Shown here: in pieces, positions 53,275 to 63,796 of the stretch
Layout: each line of letters opens with the position of its first letter
How positions within the stretch are numbered: position 1 is the stretch's first letter
Origin: a virus
Taxonomy: Duplodnaviria > Caudoviricetes
Direction: 5' to 3' (one strand)
IMG/VR virus record: IMGVR_UViG_3300014208_000002
Span: 96,001 to 160,000 of that record
Length of the DNA stretch: 64,000 bases
The notes under the pieces: generated by a model
Databases searched by the model: none
The model's input: the letters and a program-made list of their open reading frames with translations, nothing else
What the model was told of the DNA's origin: nothing
Made by a program: the position numbers and the translations under genes

Positions 53275-53616
53275 ATGAAACTCAATTCTAAGGAAGCCTA
53301 CGAAAAAATACATTTACTTTCTGAGGTTGCTATTGAAGATGTAAAAGCAGTCTTTGAAGCTATATTAACTTCTTCTGTTTTAAACTATGCTGAAGGAGAA
53401 GCCACTTACCTTCCTGGCGTAGGAAAGCTTTCAATTCACTATGAAGGTGAGGAGTTTGTTAAAGAAGGAAAACAAGCCAAAATTTTTATTGAAATTGATC
53501 CAGATGATACTCTTAAAAAGAATATAGGACAAGTTGTTGACAAAGTTGAAACAGATGTTGAAAAGAAATACAAGTCAAAGATTAGAAGCATTTTAAATGA
53601 ACTTTTGGTTAAATAA
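53275..53616 (+). CDS. HU/IHF-like DNA-binding protein
   Basis: Two helices then GEATYLPGVGKLSI; upstream TTGATA-17-TATACT. Confidence 0.6.
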   Translation: MKLNSKEAYEKIHLLSEVAIEDVKAVFEAILTSSVLNYAEGEATYLPGVGKLSIHYEGEEFVKEGKQAKIFIEIDPDDTLKKNIGQVVDKVETDVEKKYKSKIRSILNELLVK

Positions 53617-53625
53617 GGATATATC

Positions 53626-54360
53626 TTGCTTAAATACATTGGGTGTAGAAAATGTAAAGGAGAAAAATATATTTACTCTCAAGATGACGGAGGGTATATT
53701 GCTACACCATGCGAATGTTGGAAAGAATTTGTTTCTAAAAAGAATCTTGAAATAAAATTATTACAAGCAAATCTCTCTGATAAAGACCTTTTATATTCTA
53801 TAGATACTTATGAAGGGATTAAATCAATAGATAGTATAAATAATATAAAGCTCTATGTAGAAAAGTTTGAAGAAAAGTTTTGTCATAATAGTCTTTTTTT
53901 CTATGGTGGAATGTCTACCCAGAAAACTACAGTAGCAAAATGGGTTGGAAAGGAGATTCTTCAAAAGAAATTAAAAGTTTATTATATTCTAATGAATGAT
54001 TTAATCAAAGCCTATTTGAATATAGGATTTGATTCTTCTAGTAATGAAGAGAACGAAGGAACAAAATTAGTTGATAAGATAAACTCCGTGGATTTACTTA
54101 TTGTTGATGAATCTTTTTCAAAAGATCGTAATACTATTTATAAATCTCGTTATCAAGTTCCTTTTATTGATTCCTTTCTGCGTACTCGTCTTGAAACAAA
54201 AAAGTTAGCAACTATATTTATATCCAATGATCCAATATCTTCCATTGATGTAGAAGTTTATAATGAGTATATCCAAGAGCTTGTCAAAAGAAATTGCACC
54301 AGTTTAGAGTTCCAAGATAAAGTAGGATCAACTCAAAATCCCGAGGATATTTTTAAATGA
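53626..54360 (+). CDS. DnaC/IstB-like helicase loader
   Basis: Zn motif CRKC..PCEC; degenerate Walker A YGGMSTQKT; LLIVDE; TIFISN; adjacent to helicase. Confidence 0.7.
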   Translation: MLKYIGCRKCKGEKYIYSQDDGGYIATPCECWKEFVSKKNLEIKLLQANLSDKDLLYSIDTYEGIKSIDSINNIKLYVEKFEEKFCHNSLFFYGGMSTQKTTVAKWVGKEILQKKLKVYYILMNDLIKAYLNIGFDSSSNEENEGTKLVDKINSVDLLIVDESFSKDRNTIYKSRYQVPFIDSFLRTRLETKKLATIFISNDPISSIDVEVYNEYIQELVKRNCTSLEFQDKVGSTQNPEDIFK

Positions 54361-55733
54361 GTAACCTTAATATAGCCTATGCTGAACATAGTATCCTATC
54401 CCATATTTTACATTATCCAAGTCAATTATTACAGGTAGAAGATAAATTCTTTGTATCGGAGCCAGCCAAAATAATTTTTGGTGCAATAAAGACTCTTCTT
54501 GAAAATAATGTAGAAATAAATAATCATAATATAGTTCTTGAAACTTCTCAAAAAGATGATAGTATTCGTGAAGACCACATTGAAAAAATAAGAAGCGTTG
54601 AAGCAGATGAAAATGCTTTTGATTTTCTATATAAAACATTACGAACAGCTAAGGCACAATATAATATCCAGAATGACTTAGCAGAAGGACTCCTTAAAGA
54701 ATCTGCCCGAAAAGAAATAAATATTGAAAGGGTAAAAGAATTTCGGGATGCTTTAACTGAAAACTTGGAAGAGATAGAGGGAAAAGATAAAGTACTTATT
54801 GATACGAGGACTTGGTTAGATTTATATGCCACTGATTTGAATAGAAGACGAAGCGGCTTATCTTTTTATTCCACTGGAGATGGTGAATTAGATTCTTTAC
54901 TTACTACAGCGTTTGAACCTGGATACTTTAATATACTTGCTGGACATTCTGGTATAGGCAAATCTTCTTTTGCACTTATGTTAAATAATAAGCAGTTGAA
55001 TAGACAAATACCTTCTCTTCGTATTTCAAACGAAATGACAGCAATCTCTGATATGGATAGGCTTATTGCCCAACGAAATAGAATTCCTATTAGATTATTA
55101 TATCCTCATCGTGGGGATGAAGAGGGTATCCCTGATCATATATTTCAAACGCTTGAACAAGAAAGAAATAAAATTGGAAAGGCAAAATTTTTCCGGTACG
55201 CATATCTCCCAAGTGGATCATTAGATGATGTTGAAATGCTAATAAAAAAAGCAAAAGCAGAAATGGGTGTTAAATATATTGCTGTAACAATAGACCTTCT
55301 AACAAAGCTTGATGATTTTAGTGGGGACAATAAGGCTTCACGCTATGAGGATAGTGTTAATAAGTTAGACACACTTGCAAAACGCACAAATAGTTCTATT
55401 CTTGGAATCGTACAACTCCGTAGACCCTCAGATAAGGTAATTGTAAAATGTGAAGAGGACTTGGAAAAGTTCCGACCTGAGATTCAGGAAATTAAAAATG
55501 CTGGTGCATTAGAGGAACGAGCAAGAATTGTCATGACAATCTTTAGGAAAAGGTTTTGGGCAGAGAAGTATTTTAAATCCGATCCTTTACTCGCCCCTCT
55601 TTTAGAAATCATTGATAATGTAGCAGAAATTGACATTTTAAAGCAGAATCTGGGTTTTGTTGGGGTACAGTCTAAGTATCTTTTTGATGGAGAGTGTGCT
55701 TCTTTTGCTAATTATGTAGAAAATAATGGTTGA
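54357..55733 (+). CDS. dnaB: Replicative helicase (DnaB-like)
   Basis: LAGHSGIGKS, SNEM, TIDLL, IVQLRR, IKNAGALEERA and LKQN. Confidence 0.85.
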   Translation: MSNLNIAYAEHSILSHILHYPSQLLQVEDKFFVSEPAKIIFGAIKTLLENNVEINNHNIVLETSQKDDSIREDHIEKIRSVEADENAFDFLYKTLRTAKAQYNIQNDLAEGLLKESARKEINIERVKEFRDALTENLEEIEGKDKVLIDTRTWLDLYATDLNRRRSGLSFYSTGDGELDSLLTTAFEPGYFNILAGHSGIGKSSFALMLNNKQLNRQIPSLRISNEMTAISDMDRLIAQRNRIPIRLLYPHRGDEEGIPDHIFQTLEQERNKIGKAKFFRYAYLPSGSLDDVEMLIKKAKAEMGVKYIAVTIDLLTKLDDFSGDNKASRYEDSVNKLDTLAKRTNSSILGIVQLRRPSDKVIVKCEEDLEKFRPEIQEIKNAGALEERARIVMTIFRKRFWAEKYFKSDPLLAPLLEIIDNVAEIDILKQNLGFVGVQSKYLFDGECASFANYVENNG

Positions 55734-55758
55734 CAATCTATCTTTTTTCTTTTATAGT
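55730..55758 (+). promoter_or_regulatory. Sigma70-like promoter
   Basis: TTGACA-17 nt-TATAGT. Confidence 0.65.
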
Positions 55759-55780
55759 ATAAATATAAGGGGGCCTAAAA

Positions 55781-56347
55781 ATGGGCAAAAGACAGAATGA
55801 AGAGTACATGCGAAGCTTGACTATCAGTCTTTCTCCTGCAAAGCTTTCCAGTTTTGCAGAAAGAGTGGTAGCCAAGTTGAATCCTTCCTTTCAACTTTCC
55901 AGCGATGTTCACTATGCATTCCAGCATCGAAATAATAAAATAAGTGTAAAAGTATCTCGTGCTTTTTTTAGTAAGAAAAAGGATATAAGTAATTATCTTG
56001 ACTATCTATCGGATTCTCTTGACTCTCGCTTGTATTCTCTAAAGGGAAAACAAAAAGACCTCTTGACTGGAAATTTCCTTTGCAACATTCAACAGATTAG
56101 GGAAAAGTTCACCGATGTTCTTTGGTATGGCGTCTTCTTTGAGGAGGGGCTTTATCTTTTTAAATCACCGATTAAGAAATTGAAGATTGCCAGCAAGCAT
56201 ATCAATTTTATGAACTATCAGCATATCGGGAGTAAAGACGAAGGACAATTTCATATAACCAGTAAGAATTTTTCTTATCACATTGAAAAAAATCTTACTA
56301 AAGTATTGACTTACGATGAACTATACTCTCTGGCGGAGGCAATGTAA
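55781..56347 (+). CDS. Hypothetical protein (possible nuclease)
   Basis: 188 aa with its own promoter. Confidence 0.55.
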   Translation: MGKRQNEEYMRSLTISLSPAKLSSFAERVVAKLNPSFQLSSDVHYAFQHRNNKISVKVSRAFFSKKKDISNYLDYLSDSLDSRLYSLKGKQKDLLTGNFLCNIQQIREKFTDVLWYGVFFEEGLYLFKSPIKKLKIASKHINFMNYQHIGSKDEGQFHITSKNFSYHIEKNLTKVLTYDELYSLAEAM

Positions 56348-56508
56348 ATTGAAACAAAAAGCTTTTCTCATAGCTGAAACTTTTGATATATCTAATCTTA
56401 ATACCTATTTGGACTCCGGGTGGTATGTAGCATCTACAACCGCCTTTATTGCTCCTGATAATGCTTCAGGGTCAGGACGGATTTTAGTTATTATACAAAA
56501 GGATTAAA

Positions 56509-56691
56509 ATGAGTTTTAGAGAGAGAAAAGAGGAAAGAAAAAAATTTTATAAAGAATTTATTGAGGGATGGAAATTAAGAAAATGCTACGCTTGTAATGG
56601 GTCAGGATACTATGATAGGGGTGGGCGAAAGTGTTCAGCCTGTGAAGGTACAGGAAAAGAAAGATATAAATCTGATAAGGAAAAAGAATGA
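56509..56691 (+). CDS. Small DnaJ-type Zn-finger protein
   Basis: CYACNGSG and CSACEGTG. Confidence 0.6.
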   Translation: MSFRERKEERKKFYKEFIEGWKLRKCYACNGSGYYDRGGRKCSACEGTGKERYKSDKEKE

Positions 56692-57266
56692 AAGGAAAAA
56701 ACTTCTCTGGAAACAATGCTTCGGGAAAGCGAAAGAAATCTGATTTCTATGAAACTCATTACAGTTTAACAAGACAAATTCTTGAAAGAGAAGATTTACC
56801 GGGAACTATTCTTGAACCGGCTTGTGGAAATAATGCTATTGTAAGTGTTCTATTAGAAAAGTATACTGGAATTACTCATTACGATTTATCTGGTGGAATG
56901 GACTTTCTAAAAGAATCAAATCCGTATGATACTATTATTACAAACCCCCCATATTCTCTTGCGTTTGAATTTATTCAAAAAGCAAAGGAAGTAGCGAAAC
57001 AAAAAATAATTATGCTCCTTCCTCTGTCCTACCTTCATGGAGTAGAGCGGTATAATAAGATATATCAGGATACTACTTTTCCTCTAAAGTGTGTTTATGT
57101 ATTTACTCGCTATCCTCTATTTGGGGAGCCACTAAGACAAGATGGGAAATATTCTACGGGCATGATTGTTTTCGGATGGTTTTGCTGGGAAAAGGGATAT
57201 GTAGGAGAACCAGCTATTCGTTGGATAAATAATCAAGAATTTATTTTAAGCAAGAAGGATAAATAG
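56688..57266 (+). CDS. DNA adenine methyltransferase
   Basis: ILEPACGNNAI and IITNPPY. Confidence 0.85.
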   Translation: MKGKNFSGNNASGKRKKSDFYETHYSLTRQILEREDLPGTILEPACGNNAIVSVLLEKYTGITHYDLSGGMDFLKESNPYDTIITNPPYSLAFEFIQKAKEVAKQKIIMLLPLSYLHGVERYNKIYQDTTFPLKCVYVFTRYPLFGEPLRQDGKYSTGMIVFGWFCWEKGYVGEPAIRWINNQEFILSKKDK

Positions 57267-57448
57267 CATGGAAGAAGCAAGTGAATTGGAATATCTTACT
57301 TGGTTTGCGCTAAACGCTGATTTTGGGCCAGCAGATAGTGATGTTAAAATAAAGCTTCAATATTACTTTGAAAGAGAAACAGGTAAAAAGGTTCCGAAAA
57401 CTTGGAAAATAGAGTAAAACTATTTTTAGAACTCAAAAAGGAGTCTAA

Positions 57449-57817
57449 ATGAAATCATTATCAGAATTATCAAAGAGCGAACTTGAGAGTTTGATAACGA
57501 ATAGTAATCTGAATGGAAAATCAATAAATATAAATGATCCCATTTTTGATTGCGCTACTTGTGGGGAAAAAGGCGCAAGCTACTATTATATTTGTGATAT
57601 GTGTCAAGAAGTTGATACAATAAGTAATAGACCAAAGTGTCGTGCGGAATTATTTTCGGCATTAGGAGAGACTAATCTACTAAAGACCTGTGAAGCGTAC
57701 TTAGATGAATGTGAAAACAAAGAAATAGATTCTGATACCGAGCATTTTATTTTTGAGGAAGTTATGGGTTTTATCTATGGTAAAGACATTTGGAGCTATG
57801 TCAACGGTTTAAAATAA
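57449..57817 (+). CDS. Hypothetical Zn-binding protein
   Basis: CATC..CDMC. Confidence 0.5.
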   Translation: MKSLSELSKSELESLITNSNLNGKSININDPIFDCATCGEKGASYYYICDMCQEVDTISNRPKCRAELFSALGETNLLKTCEAYLDECENKEIDSDTEHFIFEEVMGFIYGKDIWSYVNGLK

Positions 57818-57832
57818 AAAAGGAGAAATAAT

Positions 57833-58174
57833 ATGTATGGAACATTTATTTCAGTAGATGATATGAACAAGATTATTTTTGATAAAAGTCTTATGCATGT
57901 TCGTGGAGAAATGAAGGGAGAAATTTTTCATTGGACTCGGGTATATGCGGCATTAAAGGCTGTCAAGATAAATAAAGTATACCTTGTTATTCGTGATGAA
58001 GATGAAGGCATTTGCTATATGTATTTTAAGGATAATAACATCACTCAGTATTTTACTATTACTAATTTCAAGGTTGATATGTTTGACTTTATGAAGATAA
58101 ACATTATGACCGATACTTTATTTGATGAATTAGCTGTAAAAGCTAAAGTAGATTTATTGGAGAATAATGCATGA
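57833..58174 (+). CDS. Hypothetical protein
   Basis: SD AGGAG. Confidence 0.55.
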   Translation: MYGTFISVDDMNKIIFDKSLMHVRGEMKGEIFHWTRVYAALKAVKINKVYLVIRDEDEGICYMYFKDNNITQYFTITNFKVDMFDFMKINIMTDTLFDELAVKAKVDLLENNA

Positions 58175-58321
58175 AAAATGATATAGTAATGGTTATATCT
58201 AAATCAGCATTACCATATATTCTTGAAGAATTGCTTGAAGAGGTGATTGAACATAAACTTCTTATTAGAGTAATGGAAGATTCAGATTTTATTCTTTTTT
58301 GTAATGAGGGAGAAAAAATAA

Positions 58322-59296
58322 GTGGATAATCTCATTATCATAGGTGATCCTCATACCAGAGAGGAGAGTCCTTATAATATCGCAGTAGAAAAATTTACAG
58401 CCTGGATAGATAAACAACCGTGGAATAATCCAAACAATGTTGGATTATTTCTTGGAGACATTTTTCATAAGTATATGCCTACTCCTCCTGAAAATGATTT
58501 AGCAATTCATTTATTCAAGGATTGTCTTCACTTTAAAAAAATTATTATTCTTTGCGGAAACCATGATCGGAAACGAGATATAAACGCTCTGGAAGTATTT
58601 AATTCTTTTAAAAATGTTCAAGTAATCTATAAACCAACTATTGAAATGATAGAAAATATATCTTGTCTATTCCTTCCCCATTATGACCCTCATTATTATT
58701 CTGACTTGACTACTATGAAACAAGATTATATTAAAGATGGCCTTGTTTCTAAATTTCCCGGAATAGATTCTGTTGAATATGTTTTTGGACATTTTTCTAA
58801 CAGTAGTCTTTTTGGAGAAGAAATAGATACTTCTTGGCTTCCTGCTAAAAAAGTTTTAGGTCATGTTCATGTAGCTTCTTTAGGAAAGGATTTCATTGGA
58901 ACCCCCTATATTACCCGAAGTGATGAAAAAGGGCAGAAGGGCAGAGTTCTTTCAATAGACCTTTCTACTCAAAAAGAAGAATATATTCCCGTTCCAGTTT
59001 TTATGGACTATAAAACAATTAAGTACGGGGAACGCCTTGAAAACTCCGATATAACTTATTTCTTAGATATTGAAGATGCGCCAGACGAAGATAGTGCAAA
59101 GGCTTTTTATGAAGGATCATATATTCATAAAATTCGTGTAAAGGGAAAAGTAGAAAAAAAGGTATCAAATAAAGAAAACTCCTCGGAAAAAAAAGCTATA
59201 ACAGAATATGTAGAAGAGTTTTTTAAGCTCCATTGTACTCATGTAGAAAAACTAAAATTACGAATAAGAGAACTTACTAATAAAAAGGAGGTATAA
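58322..59296 (+). CDS. SbcD/Mre11 (gp47-like) recombination nuclease
   Basis: IGDPH, LGDIFH, CGNHD, FGHF, LGHVH and IGTP. Confidence 0.85.
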   Translation: MDNLIIIGDPHTREESPYNIAVEKFTAWIDKQPWNNPNNVGLFLGDIFHKYMPTPPENDLAIHLFKDCLHFKKIIILCGNHDRKRDINALEVFNSFKNVQVIYKPTIEMIENISCLFLPHYDPHYYSDLTTMKQDYIKDGLVSKFPGIDSVEYVFGHFSNSSLFGEEIDTSWLPAKKVLGHVHVASLGKDFIGTPYITRSDEKGQKGRVLSIDLSTQKEEYIPVPVFMDYKTIKYGERLENSDITYFLDIEDAPDEDSAKAFYEGSYIHKIRVKGKVEKKVSNKENSSEKKAITEYVEEFFKLHCTHVEKLKLRIRELTNKKEV

Positions 59297-59298
59297 AT

Positions 59299-59538
59299 AT
59301 GTTCTACGCATATAAATGTGAAAGTGAAACTTGTGAAAATATATTTGAAATTGAGTTACCTTTAGCCGATGAAAAGCCTACGATAGTAGAGTGTCCTTTA
59401 TGTAAGGGAGAAGCCCATAGGTATTGGAAAGGAAATGGGGTAGTTTTACCTGAAAATTTTCGTGCCGCAAATGGTGATCCCGGATGGACCTCCCGATATG
59501 GGAAGTTTCCTCCAGGAATAAAAGGAAAATATTTTTAA
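59299..59538 (+). CDS. FmdB-like Zn-ribbon protein
   Basis: YAYKCE..C..FEI..CPLCKG. Confidence 0.65.
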   Translation: MFYAYKCESETCENIFEIELPLADEKPTIVECPLCKGEAHRYWKGNGVVLPENFRAANGDPGWTSRYGKFPPGIKGKYF

Positions 59539-59589
59539 ATATAAGAAGATTAGAAAGGAGGCGCTACTAATATAAAAGAGGTAGAATCA

Positions 59590-60363
59590 ATGGAGAAAGA
59601 GATTCATATATTACGATATCAAAAATTTATTGAGTCTCGAAAAAATAGAATAATTCCTGAAAATGTATATACAGAAAAACATCATATTATTCCAAAATCT
59701 TTGGGAGGAAATAATTTCCCAGATAATTTGATAACCCTGACTGCACGAGAACATTTTATAGCACATTTGATTCTCTGGAAGGCTTACGGGGAGCCTATGA
59801 CTATTGCTTTTTGGATGATGCAACATAGATGTATTAAGACTTGTAAACACAGTTGTAAGATAACCTCAAGACAGTATGAAGTGTTAAAAAAAGATTTTTC
59901 TGAAAAAATTTCAGAAACTAATAGAAGTAGATTTTGTACAGAGGAAACTAAGAAAAAAATAAGTGAATCACATAAAGGCGAAAAATGTTATCTTTTTGGT
60001 AAGCATCTTTCCGAGGAAACAAGAAAGAAAATAGGTGAATGGGGAAAAAATAGGCATCCTTCTGAAGTAACATTAAAAAAAATGGGTAAAGCACAAAAAG
60101 GAAGGGTTCACTCTGAAGAATCAAAAAGAAAAATGAGTGAATCTAGGAAAGATAAGTATAGAGGAAAAAATCATCCTGGTGCCAAAAAAGTTATTTGCAT
60201 TGAAACTCAAGAAATTTTTGGTTGTATGCGAGATGCTTGTAATAAGTATAAAATATTTAATGATCAACTATCTGCGGTATGTAAAGGGGAGCGAGAAACA
60301 ATAGGTGGCTATCATTGGCAATATTATGATAATAAATACACAAAAGAGGAATTAAATGCCTAG
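59590..60363 (+). CDS. HNH homing endonuclease with NUMOD3/NUMOD1 repeats
   Basis: EKHHIIPKSLGG.N..NLITLTAREHFIAH; SEETRKKI repeats. Confidence 0.9.
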   Translation: MEKEIHILRYQKFIESRKNRIIPENVYTEKHHIIPKSLGGNNFPDNLITLTAREHFIAHLILWKAYGEPMTIAFWMMQHRCIKTCKHSCKITSRQYEVLKKDFSEKISETNRSRFCTEETKKKISESHKGEKCYLFGKHLSEETRKKIGEWGKNRHPSEVTLKKMGKAQKGRVHSEESKRKMSESRKDKYRGKNHPGAKKVICIETQEIFGCMRDACNKYKIFNDQLSAVCKGERETIGGYHWQYYDNKYTKEELNA

Positions 60364-62320
60364 CTTTACTGATAAATTAAAGAAAGTATTTGGAATTTCA
60401 ACGGCTACTGATAAAAAAAATACTCAAAAAACGATAATACGACCTGCGGACTATGATAGTGAAGCGGGTAAAACAAGAACCATTACCTTTCCAGATGATA
60501 TTGAGCGACTTTATAAACTTTGGCTTACAGACGCATTAGATTCTGGTAATTCCTTAAAAAATCGTCTTGATAGGGTTAAAGAGCTTTCATATGCTTACTA
60601 CAATTCTTCTATATTCTCAATTGCCACAAGGCTTTACTCAGATGAAACTCTTTCTGCTGATGAACAAGATCAAATTCTAAAGATTTCTGCTAAAAATCCT
60701 AAATTAGAAACCTATATTACAGAATTTTTTGAAAAGATAGGGATAACAAACTCAGTATTAAAGTCTCTTGCCTTTGATCTTTCTCTTTATGGTGACCATT
60801 TTTGGGTTTTAGCTACTGATGATAAAGAAGGTATAACCAAAATAACACCTATAGATATTACTACTATTAAAGATCGTATTGAATTTAATGCTATTCAAGT
60901 TGCTAAATTAGAAAATCAGTTCAGATATCAATCTCTTTTAAGTAAGGAACCACGACTTCAAGCCCTTGTACAAGTTCTTACTTCCGACCAAGCATCCCTT
61001 GACTATTCAAAATACTTTCAATCTTATCTTTTTGGTTACCAAACTGAAGGAGATTTATTTCTTCCCCCGTGGAATATTTTACACTTTAGAATCCTTACCC
61101 ATAGTTCAGAGTTTGTGCCTTTTGGACGACCAATTCTTATTAACTGCCTATCCCCATTTAAGCAACTTCAAACCTCTAAAAACCTTATGGCTATTGCTCG
61201 TGCAAATAATTTCCCAATTAAGATGTTCAAAGTTAAAGTAGCTGATTCCATGACCGCTATGGATCAATGGGATGTTGTTACCCAAGCCCGAGAACAGTAT
61301 GAAAATCTCATGGGAATTTCTAATAAAGAACAATTTTCTGTAAATGGTGCAGTATGGGTTCCTGAAGGTCTTATTACTATGGAATCCATAGAAATGAACT
61401 ATGATATGGATAAAATTGCTGATGTTGAAATGTTAAAAATGGATTTAGCTGATGGAACCGGAATTCCTGCTGATTATCTATCCTCTTCAGCAAGCTCTTG
61501 GGGAAAGTCTAATCAGTCCTTACTACAACAATCGAAGCTTTTTGCTCGTGGAGTATTTACAATACAAACTGCTATTATTGATGAACTTATTAGCCTTGTA
61601 AAACTACAACTCATTATGACAGAAGACTTTGACGAAGATGAAGAGTTTGAACTTTCTCTGAATTTTCCCGCTGAAGAGGGTGATTCTGATAAATTACGAC
61701 AAACCTCTGATTCTTTAGACACTGCAAAAACAATTATTGATAATCTTGGACAGGTTCTTGGCGTTGAAGAAGGGAATATGCCTATTGATGTAGTAAAGGA
61801 TATTTTAACTAAAATTTCTTTCCTCTCTTCAAATGAAATAAATAAATATCTAAAGTCTATTGAAGATGCTAAGAAGGAACAGGAAGCAAAAGCGGAAGCG
61901 GAAGCTAAAGAAAGAGCAGAGCAGAATTTTAAACTGGCCCAAATGCGAGGGAATGGAAAAGATGGTTCTGATGAAGAGGATGGCTCTAATGAAGATTTTG
62001 GAAGTGCCGAGGATGAATTTGACTATGATGCACAATCTGAAGATATGGAAGAGGCTGTCCGAGAAAAAATAAAGGAGAGATTGACAACCCAACTTATCCG
62101 GGAAGCCTATTTTAAGGCTAAAAGAAAATTAAATCTTCAAGAAGGAGTAATGCGAAATAGGCATTATGGGTCTTCTTGGAAAGTAATTGATGTGCAAAGA
62201 AAAACTCTTTATGAGATTATGAAAAAAAATAAGAAGAGTGGTAAGTTAATTGAAACCACCCCTTTAATAGAAGAAAAAGATATAGAATTAGACTATGAAC
62301 CTAATTTTGATAATAGTTAA
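60356..62320 (+). CDS. Portal protein (gp20-like)
   Basis: LSLYGDHF, PFGRPIL, RANNFP..FKV, DVE; upstream of prohead protease. Confidence 0.8.
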   Translation: MPSFTDKLKKVFGISTATDKKNTQKTIIRPADYDSEAGKTRTITFPDDIERLYKLWLTDALDSGNSLKNRLDRVKELSYAYYNSSIFSIATRLYSDETLSADEQDQILKISAKNPKLETYITEFFEKIGITNSVLKSLAFDLSLYGDHFWVLATDDKEGITKITPIDITTIKDRIEFNAIQVAKLENQFRYQSLLSKEPRLQALVQVLTSDQASLDYSKYFQSYLFGYQTEGDLFLPPWNILHFRILTHSSEFVPFGRPILINCLSPFKQLQTSKNLMAIARANNFPIKMFKVKVADSMTAMDQWDVVTQAREQYENLMGISNKEQFSVNGAVWVPEGLITMESIEMNYDMDKIADVEMLKMDLADGTGIPADYLSSSASSWGKSNQSLLQQSKLFARGVFTIQTAIIDELISLVKLQLIMTEDFDEDEEFELSLNFPAEEGDSDKLRQTSDSLDTAKTIIDNLGQVLGVEEGNMPIDVVKDILTKISFLSSNEINKYLKSIEDAKKEQEAKAEAEAKERAEQNFKLAQMRGNGKDGSDEEDGSNEDFGSAEDEFDYDAQSEDMEEAVREKIKERLTTQLIREAYFKAKRKLNLQEGVMRNRHYGSSWKVIDVQRKTLYEIMKKNKKSGKLIETTPLIEEKDIELDYEPNFDNS

Positions 62321-62373
62321 TAGTCAATATTTATAATTTTTATTACTAATAAAAGAGATAGAGGTAAATTATA

Positions 62374-63768
62374 ATGGCAAAACCAAATGATAAAGCTAAT
62401 CTTCAAAAAGAATGGAATAAGATTGTTGACTCCGAAAGATTTAAGTCCAATGTTGCCTTAAATATGGATATTAGTTTATCAGAAATTGATGATATAGGTA
62501 ATTTACTCCCGGACCCTTTTGAGCATTATAAGGATAATAGAAATGGCTCTGGCTATGTAATGAATGTAAAAGCAAAAGGCTATCCTGATAAGGACGATTT
62601 TGTTGAAAAAGCTTTAGAAGAGATTAAGTCAGAATTTCAGAAAAAAATGAAGTCTTCTTTTGATAAACTTGATAATGCCGATGAGCTTGAAGAACAATTC
62701 ATTGATGAATTAGAAGCTTGGTTTGATGGATATATGGAACATACTTTTTGGGATGATGTGGAGTTTGAAAAAGAAAACATTGAAATGACCGATGGCTGGG
62801 AAATGGTTGTTACTGGCCGTTCTGGTGGGTATTGGGGAGTAAGTGAGGATGCTCTTTCTACTGAGGATATTTTACCATCTGATAGGCTAATAAAAGAAAT
62901 AAAAGATAAATTTAATGACTGGTATGATGAAGAGGCAAGAGAGGACAATAATTTTGATGATGAAGATGATGATACTACTCAAATGGGTGATATTGATTCA
63001 ATGGAAGACGCTTTAGACTCCGCACTTTACTCTGCGGGTCGCTCAGGTGAATATAATGATGACAGATTTTGGACATTGACAAAAGTAGCTATTTCCAAGT
63101 TTAAGGATTTAAAAGAAAATATTGAAGGCATTATTTCTGACATGGAGAGTACCGAACGCCATGTAGAGCCTTTTATGGATCAAGAACTATATGCAGAATT
63201 TGATGCTTGGAAAAATATTGATTTTTCTTGGGATGCAAAAGCAGATAGACAAAATGATTTCAAGTTTGAAAAGAAAGACTTTGGAAAGAAAATCCTTATT
63301 ACTGAAGATACTCCTATCGGATTTGGTATTACACTAGAACGAGGGGATAAGATTCAGGTTTTGAAAGAAGCTAAACAAATAAAAGAAGCCGCACTTCCTG
63401 ATAAAGTTGAAGCAATTATTAAAAAGTATGAAGCTAAAGACTATTGGGAAGACAATATTATTATTGATAACAAAATAAAATTTTGGGTAAGTATTGGCTC
63501 TCCCGAAGAAGTAAAAGGTTTTTCTGGAAAAGCCACAGAAGCCTCTATTCGTGAAGTTATGGTAAAGGGTTTAGGAGAAGAGCGCAGAAATTGGATAGCA
63601 AAATCAGTTGAAAGAATAAATAAAAAGGACGAAAAAGATATTAAATCTTTTGTTCGTGGTACGCAACCCTTTATGAAAGAAGTATTTACAGCGATTACAG
63701 GATTAGAAACAAAAGGCATGAGTGATGCAAAATTAGACCCAATAATAAAGCAATGGTGTAATTCATAA
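62374..63768 (+). CDS. Acidic late protein, probably virion-internal
   Basis: TACTAATA upstream; between portal and protease; several LxE/IxE sites. Confidence 0.55.
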   Translation: MAKPNDKANLQKEWNKIVDSERFKSNVALNMDISLSEIDDIGNLLPDPFEHYKDNRNGSGYVMNVKAKGYPDKDDFVEKALEEIKSEFQKKMKSSFDKLDNADELEEQFIDELEAWFDGYMEHTFWDDVEFEKENIEMTDGWEMVVTGRSGGYWGVSEDALSTEDILPSDRLIKEIKDKFNDWYDEEAREDNNFDDEDDDTTQMGDIDSMEDALDSALYSAGRSGEYNDDRFWTLTKVAISKFKDLKENIEGIISDMESTERHVEPFMDQELYAEFDAWKNIDFSWDAKADRQNDFKFEKKDFGKKILITEDTPIGFGITLERGDKIQVLKEAKQIKEAALPDKVEAIIKKYEAKDYWEDNIIIDNKIKFWVSIGSPEEVKGFSGKATEASIREVMVKGLGEERRNWIAKSVERINKKDEKDIKSFVRGTQPFMKEVFTAITGLETKGMSDAKLDPIIKQWCNS

Positions 63769-63796
63769 TGAAAAATTAAAGATATGGAGATATAGT

